Shown: piece after piece, positions 1-7,749 of the stretch | How positions within the stretch are numbered: position 1 is the stretch's first letter | How the letters are laid out: each line of letters opens with the position of its first letter | DNA from: Candidatus Zixiibacteriota bacterium | GTDB taxonomy: Bacteria; Zixibacteria; MSB-5A5; WJJR01 | Length of the DNA stretch: 15,501 nt | NCBI GenBank assembly: GCA_036170655.1 | Contig: JAVHPP010000056.1 | Location: 1 to 15,501 of the forward strand | Reading direction: 5' to 3' | Program-made: the position numbers and the translations under genes | The notes under the pieces: generated by a model | Seen by the model: the letters and a program-made list of their open reading frames with translations, nothing else | The model's database searches: none | What the model was told of the DNA's origin: nothing

Positions 1-25
1 AAAAAAGAGGCTCGGCAGGAGCCTC
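1..25 (-). terminator. Intrinsic terminator-like hairpin downstream of the aminopeptidase gene
   Basis: Perfect 7-bp stem GAGGCTC (7-13)/GAGCCTC (19-25) with a 5-nt loop, followed on the minus strand by at least 6 T (plus A1-6, running to the window edge). Confidence 0.7.
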
Positions 26-199
26 GCCCTCCCGAACCATCGATACTCCAGTCAATGCCCCAGGTTGATCACGGCACATACTGACGGTCGGCGATCTTTT
101 CGTGAGAGGCCCTACGTGACCGGTCGCACTCCAGCCAAGGCCCGGCCCGCGCGTGCCTCAGTCGTGCGTGCGGGCATTTGACGTGCCGGAAAATTGAGT

Positions 200-2416
200 C
201 TACATCAGACAACCGTAAAGCGGCGCCGGTCCACCCTGAAACATCGCGTCCACGAGATACACGATGTCGAGCACATCAGCCGCGCAGTCGTGATTCACAT
301 CGGCAAGATTCAGCGGCAACGGCGCTGGGCCACCCGCAAAGACATAGTCGATCAGCATGACGATATCAAGAACGTTCAGATTGCCATCGCCGTTCAGGTC
401 ACCCAGCTTGAACGGCGCCGCTGCGATGGACAGGTTCAGCACCTTCTCCGTGTAATGCACCTTTCCATTGTCCCAAGCGCCAAGCCGGAGCGGTATCGCG
501 GACGACACCGAGGGGACTCCGTCGATCGTCCCTTTGGTGGTATCGAAGAAGAGTCCGGCCGGCAGGGTTCCCGAGACAAGGGTGTATTGATACGGCGCCG
601 TGCCACCCTTTACGATGAGCGAATCGTGGTAGGGAACGAACTGCACTCCCGAAACCAGGGAGTCGCTCAGAATCGACAACGGGAATGACTCCTGCACCGA
701 TTGGTCGAGGATCCAGTTGTTGGGGTCGAGCGAGACGGACGTCGGGGCGAGGCTGGTCTGGATCACGAAGTCTTGAACCTGCAGCGTGTCCATGACACGA
801 TGATCGTCGTACAGGCCTCCGGTGCCATTGATTCGGAACACAACCGGCATGTGGAACACGAGGGGCGAGGTCGCCTGGTACTGCCGCAGATGGATATAGA
901 CCTTGTAGCCGCCGCCGTTAGGCGTCGACGCCCAGGAATATGCGTATTTCGGGAAGTAGTACCCGTAGATCCAGTCGTTGAAAAAGTCGTGCAGGTTCAC
1001 GCCGGAGACGGTCTCGGCGATGTCGCGAAACTCTTCTGTGACGACATCCTTATAGGCATACCGGGGATCAGCATAGTACGCGCGGAAGGTGGCGAAGAAC
1101 GCGGAATCGCCGATGATGCCGCGCAGCATGTGCAGCACCCAAGCGCCTTTGTCGTAGACCCGGGAACTGAAGATGTTGCCGACATTGGCGGTGTCATCGA
1201 TGTAAATCCGGCCGCCGGTAAAGTAGTTCATACTGGCCATGTAACTCTGATAGGAGGATGTTCCCCCAAGATGCTCGGCCCAGAGGGCCTCGGCGTAGGA
1301 GGCGAATCCCTCGTTCATCCAGATGTGATTCCAGTTGCGGCAGGTGATCATGTCGCCCCACCATTGGTGGGACAATTCATGGCAGACGAGATACTGACCG
1401 AAACCAAAGCCGCTGCTGGTGGCAGACGTGACCGTCTGGTGCTCCATCCCCCCGCCCCAGTTGAAGTGAACCATCCCGTATTTTTCGGCAATGAACGGAT
1501 ACTCGCCGAATGTTGCAGCATAGAAGGCGATCTGGTCGACCGCAACGGGCCAGTTGGCCACGGCGCTCGAAAGAACCTCGGGATAGGAGTAAAAACGCAC
1601 CGGCATCGAGTCAGCGCCGTGATGGTACCAGCGGTCAAAGCGAGCATAATTGCTGATGGCCAGAGAAACCAGATACGTGGTGATCGGATAACTCTCGTGC
1701 CAGACATAGCTGGTCGTCCCATTCCCATTGTTGATCGAATCACGGAGGACACCATTGGACACCGCGTAAAACGCCGAGTTGACCGTCACGCGCATATCGA
1801 CGGAATCGGCCTTGTCCGACGGCACATCCTTGCAGGGCCACCATGACTGCGAAAGGTAAGGCTCGGAGAGCGTGGAGATAATCGGGATTCCCGCATGGGT
1901 TCCGAAGGCAAATCCCTGAAATCCCCCCTCCGGCGGATGGCCCCAGTAGTACACGGTGACTTCAAATTCCTCACCGGTGTTGTAGGTTGAGTCAAGTGTC
2001 ACATTCAGAAAACCGCTGGCGTGCGTCCAGACAACCGGCCGCCCGAACGAACGGACCGAATCAACCGTTAACCCGGTCGTGAAGTTGAGCACGGGAATCG
2101 AGAAGCCATCCACCCGGGCACGGGCACGCATGGAGACTTTGCCATAGATGAATGTCGTCACTTCATCGACGCGAATGTCGAGCGCGTAATAGGTCGCATC
2201 AAACCCGCCCTGTTCCATCGCCGGTGTCACCAGCGCCGTGTTGACCCGCTGGCGCGCCAGCGACGCGGCCTTAGCCTCGCCCATCTGGCGGTGCATCTCG
2301 GCCGGGCTCATTTCAAATTGCCCGACATCTGCCCTGACTGACCGGTTTACAAACATGGAGATAGCGAGCAGCAGCGCAAGGATGAATTGTCCGTAACCGA
2401 CCAGCCGCGACTTCAT
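200..2416 (-). CDS. Secreted M1-family zinc aminopeptidase with C-terminal putative Ig-like (He_PIG-type) and dockerin type I-like domains, 738 aa
   Basis: GGMEH exopeptidase motif, HELSH-X18-E (NEGFA) zinc motif and YDKG tyrosine motif. Sec-type signal MKSRLVGYGQFILALLLAISMFVNRSVRA. SGTLPAGLFFD..GTIDGVP Ig-like motif and duplicated GDLNGDG.LNVLDIV / ADVNHD...DVLDIV loops. Start moved to ATG 2416 because a GGAGG RBS lies at 2423-2427. Confidence 0.9.
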   Translation of the reverse strand: MKSRLVGYGQFILALLLAISMFVNRSVRADVGQFEMSPAEMHRQMGEAKAASLARQRVNTALVTPAMEQGGFDATYYALDIRVDEVTTFIYGKVSMRARARVDGFSIPVLNFTTGLTVDSVRSFGRPVVWTHASGFLNVTLDSTYNTGEEFEVTVYYWGHPPEGGFQGFAFGTHAGIPIISTLSEPYLSQSWWPCKDVPSDKADSVDMRVTVNSAFYAVSNGVLRDSINNGNGTTSYVWHESYPITTYLVSLAISNYARFDRWYHHGADSMPVRFYSYPEVLSSAVANWPVAVDQIAFYAATFGEYPFIAEKYGMVHFNWGGGMEHQTVTSATSSGFGFGQYLVCHELSHQWWGDMITCRNWNHIWMNEGFASYAEALWAEHLGGTSSYQSYMASMNYFTGGRIYIDDTANVGNIFSSRVYDKGAWVLHMLRGIIGDSAFFATFRAYYADPRYAYKDVVTEEFRDIAETVSGVNLHDFFNDWIYGYYFPKYAYSWASTPNGGGYKVYIHLRQYQATSPLVFHMPVVFRINGTGGLYDDHRVMDTLQVQDFVIQTSLAPTSVSLDPNNWILDQSVQESFPLSILSDSLVSGVQFVPYHDSLIVKGGTAPYQYTLVSGTLPAGLFFDTTKGTIDGVPSVSSAIPLRLGAWDNGKVHYTEKVLNLSIAAAPFKLGDLNGDGNLNVLDIVMLIDYVFAGGPAPLPLNLADVNHDCAADVLDIVYLVDAMFQGGPAPLYGCLM

Positions 2417-2509
2417 TGAAAACCTCCAAGAATTTGAGTGCCCCGTCCTCAGACGAAGCGAACCGAACACCAGATGACCAAACCGCCAGACAAGACAACC
2501 CCCAGAGTC

Positions 2510-2537
2510 AACATAACCGCATCGGCCTGTTTGTCAA
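2510..2537 (-). promoter_or_regulatory. Putative sigma70 promoter of the aminopeptidase gene
   Basis: Minus strand TTGACA (2537-2532), 16-nt spacer, TATGTT (2515-2510), about 95 nt upstream of the ATG. Confidence 0.55.
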
Positions 2538-2574
2538 TCCCCGTTCTGGGTAAATTGACACAGTCTCCGCCAGT

Positions 2575-4305
2575 CTACTTCGCTGGATCATGCAGCGGAG
2601 GCGGCAGGATGGGCGGCCGCTTCAGGTTACGATCCATCTTCTGGACCTCCACTTCCGAGATCAGAATGCTGGGCGCGATGGCCGAAACGGGTACCCACCC
2701 CGACTCGGCGCCGCAAACGCCATTGAAGACGCCCGGATCATCGCCGGCCGCCTTGATGTTTTCGAGTGTGTTCAGAGGGGTTCCGATCAGCTCGACACCA
2801 CGCACCAGTTCTTCGTGACCGTCCTTGACAAAGACCTTGCGGACCACGCGCGGACGGACCTTGAGCGTCTGCACGCCAAACGATGATGTGTTGGTCTCAC
2901 CTGAAACCATCTCTTCGAAAATCAGCCCGTATTCCTTGCCCGCCTTGCGGCATTCCTCGATCAGTTGCTTCTTGAGATCGGGATAGCTGAGCGGGTGATC
3001 GGAAGTCACGAACAGCGATCCCATCCGGCTGACCGGCTGACTCCAGACATCCGCGCGACCGTGCCCATTGGAAACTGGCGATGACTTGGCCGGCGTCCGG
3101 CACATCAGAAACCCTTTGAGAATGCCGTGCGCGACCAACGGCGTGCGTTGGGACGGGAGACCTTCCTCATCGTACGTGTAGTAGCCATATAATCCTTCAT
3201 TATCCTGCGCGGCGATGGTGGGATCATCGACGACATTGAGGAATTCGGGAATCACGCGCTCACCGATCTTGTCTTTGAAGGTGTGCCCTTCCGACTCACG
3301 CCGGGTCCGGTGCCCCTCCAGCCGGTGGCCGAGCGCCTCGTGGAAGAAAACGCCTGATGCACCGCGCTTGATGATGGCCGGACCGGTGTAGGGATCCATG
3401 ACCGGCGCCTGGCGCATTTGCAAGAGAAGCGCCATCAGGGAATCGGCCACCATTGCCAGACGGTTGGAATCCGGCAGCGCGGCTTCGTGATGGGTCTTAA
3501 AGACGCGTTCCAATTCCAGTGGCATGCCGTCATCGGCTCGCACGGACGCGGACATGGCAATCGAGTAGTTGTGCTGTCCGGTGCGCAACCGTGTCCGCTC
3601 CGAGGTGACCAGATAGCGTGTCTGCGCAATGGCCTTGAAGTCGACGTCCGAGTTGTAGATCAAAGGCTCCGATTTGAACCGTGCGGAGATCGCCCGCACC
3701 AGGTTTTGCCAGCGGTTGCGGTCCACGGCCAGCGTGTCAATGGCATCCACCCGCTGCACCGGCGTCGCCGGCGAGAAATCATCCGGCTGGTCTTCTTTCA
3801 CCACCTTCTGCACGTTGCGGCCACGCTTGCCTATGTACTCTTCCAGTGCGTGCTTGTACTGATAGTCACTGAGCAGCCACAGCGTCTGGCGCAAGGCCGT
3901 GATGTCGTTGTCGAGCGGCGCGTACGTGTGGGAGTACTGGTAGGCGTCTGTGTCCCGCGGATCGTAATAGAAGCCCTCGTCATCCGACGTATTATCCCGA
4001 TGGTAATCGCCAATACGAACATCAACCGCAACACCGCGATAGTTATCGCCGCCCGACGATTCGAGCGCGCCATAGGACGCATGCACGGAAACCGAATGCA
4101 CGTCGGTCAGCCGGTACGACATGAAATAGGGTTTCTCATACTGATCCAAAACGAGGCGCGACGCGGAACGGTCGAGTTCCGCCACGAGCGCCTCCATGAC
4201 CGGGTCATCCGTCGAGATTTCCGAAACAGCCGGACCAGCCGTCAGTGTCGCGAGCAGCGCCGTGAAGGTCAGGATCGTGAAACTGTGTAATTGCCGATGC
4301 ACCAT
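2575..4305 (-). CDS. TldD/PmbA-family metalloprotease (TldD-type) with N-terminal signal peptide, 576 aa
   Basis: FFHEALGHRLEG (HExxxH), VVDDPT, YDEEG, GILKGFL, SNGHGR and C-terminal GVCGAESGWVPVS...PSIL motifs. Hydrophobic leader ending AVS. ATG 4305 is preceded by GGAGGAG (4310-4316). Confidence 0.88.
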   Translation of the reverse strand: MVHRQLHSFTILTFTALLATLTAGPAVSEISTDDPVMEALVAELDRSASRLVLDQYEKPYFMSYRLTDVHSVSVHASYGALESSGGDNYRGVAVDVRIGDYHRDNTSDDEGFYYDPRDTDAYQYSHTYAPLDNDITALRQTLWLLSDYQYKHALEEYIGKRGRNVQKVVKEDQPDDFSPATPVQRVDAIDTLAVDRNRWQNLVRAISARFKSEPLIYNSDVDFKAIAQTRYLVTSERTRLRTGQHNYSIAMSASVRADDGMPLELERVFKTHHEAALPDSNRLAMVADSLMALLLQMRQAPVMDPYTGPAIIKRGASGVFFHEALGHRLEGHRTRRESEGHTFKDKIGERVIPEFLNVVDDPTIAAQDNEGLYGYYTYDEEGLPSQRTPLVAHGILKGFLMCRTPAKSSPVSNGHGRADVWSQPVSRMGSLFVTSDHPLSYPDLKKQLIEECRKAGKEYGLIFEEMVSGETNTSSFGVQTLKVRPRVVRKVFVKDGHEELVRGVELIGTPLNTLENIKAAGDDPGVFNGVCGAESGWVPVSAIAPSILISEVEVQKMDRNLKRPPILPPPLHDPAK

Positions 4306-4350
4306 TGATCTCCTCCATGAGGTGTGATGAAGATGTTGCATTGATGCTCT

Positions 4351-4377
4351 GTAGCACGGGCCTCTGGCCCGCGTGCT
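4351..4377 (+). repeat. GTAG-tagged REP-like hairpin between lon and tldD
   Basis: GTAGCACGGGCC-TCT-GGCCCGCGTGCT: a GTAG tetranucleotide followed by an imperfect GC-rich palindrome. Single copy in the window. Confidence 0.45.
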
Positions 4378-4442
4378 GGTTAGCCCGATACTCAGAAGTG
4401 ATACCAAGATTCACGAGCGACACCCATGCCACCATCCAGATT

Positions 4443-6944
4443 TCAGCGCGGGCGTTTGCGGTTTCGTTCTGACGGCGGCCGGCTGGCCATGGCCCGCGGA
4501 CGGAGTTTGTTCTTGCGGGGATTTCCCCGCCGGGCCAACTCAACCCGCAGCAATCGCTCCAGACTGGCGCGTGAGGGATCGAAATCCAGCAGTGCCGCCC
4601 GAAAGACTTCGTCGACCGTATCGACGGGGATATAGGTCATTTCTTTGGAGATGCGGCGCGGCACGTCCTTGAGGTCCTGGACGTTCTGCCGCGGCACAAT
4701 GATCTTGTGAATGCCCACCCGGTGCGCCGCCGCAACCTTCTCCTTGATACCCCCGACCGGAAGGACCTTGCCCCTCAGCGAGACTTCCCCGGTCATGGCG
4801 AGGTCATTGCGAATGGCGCGATTCGACATCACCGAGGCAATCACCAGCGAAATCGTGATGCCCGCTGACGGTCCATCCTTGGGGATGGCCCCAGACGGGA
4901 AATGAACATGGATGTCGTGGTTCCCGAAATCAGTATGCGGGATACCCAGCCAATCGGCGCGGGAACGGACATAGGAGTGCGCCGCCTGGATCGACTCGCG
5001 CATGACATCACCCAGCGATCCGGTGGAAATCACGTTTCCCGATCCGCGCATCCGGAGCGCCTCGATCAGCATGATGTCCCCGCCGGCTTGTGTCCAGGCA
5101 ACCCCCATGGCAACACCCACCTCGGGTTTCAACTCCGCTTTTTCGGGAACATAGACCCGCGTCCCCAGGAAACGTTCGATCTGCTGCGCGCCAATCCGGA
5201 CGAACCCGCGCTGACCGGCAGCGCGCTGGGCGGCGATGTTGCGACAGATGACTTCGAGCGCCTTGTCAAGACTGGACAGGCCGGCCTCCATGGTGTACTC
5301 ACGGATGATCTTGTGGACCGCCGTGACCGTCAGGCCGAACTCCTCGGCCGAGAGGACGTGCGCCTCCAGTTGCCGTGGCCATAGATGCTTGAAGGCAATT
5401 TCGACTTTCTCCTCCTCGAGATACCCGGGCAGCTCGATAAACTCCATCCGTTCGACCAGCATTTCGGGAATGTCCTCGGGATCGGTCGCGGTGCAGATGA
5501 AGAGGGTCGGTGACAGATCGTAGGGGAACCCCAGATAGGCGTCCCAGAAATCTTTGTTCAACGTGGGATCAATCATCTCCAGAACGACGGCCGACAGGTC
5601 CGGGCGGTCCGCCGCGCCGCCGAGTCGGTCAACCGCTTCCAGCAGACACAGGGGATTGACGACTTCGACAGCCCTTAACTGACGCAGCAACCGGCCGGGC
5701 ATCGCGCCCGGAAAAGTCCTGCGATTGCCCTTGAGGGCCGACTCGGAACGCAGAACACCAAGATTGAGTGTAATCATCGGCCGCCGGAGCGCTTGCGCCA
5801 GGGCGCGACCGAGTTGCGTCTTGCCGATGCCCGATGACCCGATGAGACAGACCGCATTGCGCGATCCGTGGCCGGTCCGATGCAGCACCGACAGGTATTC
5901 AACAATCCGGTCCTTCGCGCGTTTCTGCCCATAGAATTGTTCGTCGAGAACACGACGAATGCCTTCCATGTCGGTGCGTTCGTGAACAGTAGCCGTCCAC
6001 GGAATATGGATCAGCCAGTCAATGTAGTTGCGGATCTCGGTGTACTCGGCCGAGGCCGTCGAGATCAGCCGCAGCCGTTCGAGTTCGGTGCGGGCCCGCC
6101 GCGCCACCACCGGCGGCAGCCCGGCGCCGGCAATTTCATCAGCCAACTGGTCGAGCTCGTTCGCTCCCGGTTCATACGACTCCAGTTCCCGGCGAATCTC
6201 GGTCATTTGCGCCCGTAAGAAGTCGACACGCTGACGCTTCTCCAGCGAGGCATGGACACGATGCTGCAAATCCTGCCCTGTTTCCGCTTCAACAACTTCT
6301 TTCCGCAGAAACTCGTTGAGAAAGCTCAACCGTTCCGTGGGGACGGGCATCTGCGCCAGCTTCCACTTGTCTTCCAGCCGCATGTGGACGGTGGCGGCGA
6401 TTAAATCGGAAAACCGGTCCGGGTGATCCTTGGCCAAATCCACGAGCTGAAGGACATCGGCGGGATACTGGCCTGAAATTTTCACAATCCGCGACAGCAG
6501 GTCATGACACTGCCGGACCAAGGCCGCCGCCTGCGGATCGGACACGTCTTCCCTGATCGGATCAATCTTCACGCGCATGGCCGGGCCGGAATCCACCATG
6601 CCAATGAGACTGGCGCGGCACAGGCCCTCCAGATCGACCCGCACGCCGCCGCTTCCCAGCGCCCGCGAAGACAAATGTCTGACGACCACACCCACCGGAG
6701 GCAGGTCGATACTGTCTTCGCTCGGATTAAATTCAGCCGGTGCCCAGACAGCCCAAAACATCCCCGGCACCTGTTCGGAATTGGCAAGCAACTGCTGCGT
6801 GTAAGAATGAGTGATGACGACAGAAACAACGGCGTACGGCAACGGGACATCGCCTTGCAGGGGCAATACGGGCAGTATAGCCGGTACCGACGCTAAGTCA
6901 GGTGACGATTTCGGGGTTCCTATGTCCAGGTGATTCTCCACCAT
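4443..6944 (-). CDS. lon: LonA-type protease (endopeptidase La) with degenerate AAA+ motifs, 833 aa
   Basis: N-domain LPVLPL, IRNYIDWLIHIPW, Walker A GSSGIGKT, RRTFPGAMPG, and protease domain DIHVHFPSGAIPKDGPSAG ... AMTGEVSLRGKVLPVGGIKEK with Ser and Lys 43 residues apart. Confidence 0.93.
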   Translation of the reverse strand: MVENHLDIGTPKSSPDLASVPAILPVLPLQGDVPLPYAVVSVVITHSYTQQLLANSEQVPGMFWAVWAPAEFNPSEDSIDLPPVGVVVRHLSSRALGSGGVRVDLEGLCRASLIGMVDSGPAMRVKIDPIREDVSDPQAAALVRQCHDLLSRIVKISGQYPADVLQLVDLAKDHPDRFSDLIAATVHMRLEDKWKLAQMPVPTERLSFLNEFLRKEVVEAETGQDLQHRVHASLEKRQRVDFLRAQMTEIRRELESYEPGANELDQLADEIAGAGLPPVVARRARTELERLRLISTASAEYTEIRNYIDWLIHIPWTATVHERTDMEGIRRVLDEQFYGQKRAKDRIVEYLSVLHRTGHGSRNAVCLIGSSGIGKTQLGRALAQALRRPMITLNLGVLRSESALKGNRRTFPGAMPGRLLRQLRAVEVVNPLCLLEAVDRLGGAADRPDLSAVVLEMIDPTLNKDFWDAYLGFPYDLSPTLFICTATDPEDIPEMLVERMEFIELPGYLEEEKVEIAFKHLWPRQLEAHVLSAEEFGLTVTAVHKIIREYTMEAGLSSLDKALEVICRNIAAQRAAGQRGFVRIGAQQIERFLGTRVYVPEKAELKPEVGVAMGVAWTQAGGDIMLIEALRMRGSGNVISTGSLGDVMRESIQAAHSYVRSRADWLGIPHTDFGNHDIHVHFPSGAIPKDGPSAGITISLVIASVMSNRAIRNDLAMTGEVSLRGKVLPVGGIKEKVAAAHRVGIHKIIVPRQNVQDLKDVPRRISKEMTYIPVDTVDEVFRAALLDFDPSRASLERLLRVELARRGNPRKNKLRPRAMASRPPSERNRKRPR

Positions 6945-7117
6945 CGGTTTAGTTCCACCTCGTCATCGCGCTGCCACCGGCAGTCATATCCGAAACCGTC
7001 CAACTCTATAACTTCAGATCGGCTGGAATGGTCCCGATGCCGACAGCCCCCAACTATGACAAGATCACACTTGCGTCCCGATCAAACAATTCTTAATTGA
7101 CCCGACAAAATAATGCA

Positions 7118-7146
7118 CATAACGCATTGAACAACAATGCGTTATG
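7118..7146. repeat. Perfect 12-bp inverted repeat with 5-bp spacer upstream of lon
   Basis: CATAACGCATTG-AACAA-CAATGCGTTATG. Confidence 0.8.
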
Positions 7147-7152
7147 CGGCCC

Positions 7153-7190
7153 AATAAGAAGAATGGGCACATCCGGGTTGGATGTGCCCA
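7153..7190 (-). terminator. Intrinsic terminator of the cold-shock gene
   Basis: Perfect 11-bp stem TGGGCACATCC (7164-7174)/GGATGTGCCCA (7180-7190), followed on the minus strand by TTCTTCTTATT; 25 nt after the TAA stop. Confidence 0.8.
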
Positions 7191-7215
7191 CGTCACTTTG
7201 CTTTGCTCTGGGGTC

Positions 7216-7425
7216 TTATGAAGGCTGGATCGCTACGTTGTTCGCCTGCAGGCCCTTGGGACCTTCGATGACATCAAACGATACAGTTTCCCCCTCACGC
7301 AGAGTTTTGAATCCATCACGTTGGATCGCTGAAAAATGCACGAACAGCTCCTTGTCGGATCCCTCCTGCGTGATGAAGCCATACCCTTTCGCGTCGTTAA
7401 ACCACTTCACTTTACCACTCGCCAA
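7216..7425 (-). CDS. Cold-shock protein (CspA family), 69 aa, TTG start
   Basis: [17 protein letters not shown] (RNP1), LFVHFSAI (RNP2), GFKTL.EGE.VSF...[12 protein letters not shown] at 7425 is preceded by AAGGCGGTG. The specific csp paralogue cannot be assigned. Confidence 0.95.
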   Translation of the reverse strand: MASGKVKWFNDAKGYGFITQEGSDKELFVHFSAIQRDGFKTLREGETVSFDVIEGPKGLQANNVAIQPS

Positions 7426-7749
7426 GCAATTCACCGCCTTTCTTGGGAAAACAGCGCCACTACGCACGCAGTATCGGCCCAGCCTCCTTGACGAAACCTC
7501 ATACGGCTTCGCCACCGCGCCAATGGCTGCCCACATCGTCACCTGCATGATTCCCTTCGAGAAATTGGTAGGGCCAATTGCTGGGGGAACACAAACACCT
7601 TATCCGCCTCGCTGGCAAGCAAGACAAATCATTCATAATCTACATCCATACGTAATAAGATCGTATCGCCAAGTTTTGTCAAGCGAAAATCGCGCTGTCA
7701 ACTACCGAAACCACGGAAGGTGATACGAGTCCACCCTTAGAGGCGAACG

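Noticed and set aside
80..165. ZTP riboswitch or SRP RNA in the first intergenic region
   Set aside because: GCCGACCGTC is not followed by TGGGC and lacks a matching pseudoknot partner, and the SRP domain IV motif is absent.
701..1846. 381-aa plus-strand ORF (also 194-688, 3418-4290, 8545-9144, 12272-13081, 14024-14587)
   Set aside because: These lie antisense to well-supported genes, have no recognisable motifs, and are the expected shadow ORFs of GC-rich coding sequence.
4306..4407. Tat signal (WRRS) in the extended TldD N-terminus, given nearby tatC
   Set aside because: The RR codons coincide with the GGAGGAG RBS of ATG 4305, and the context does not match S/T-R-R-x-F-L.
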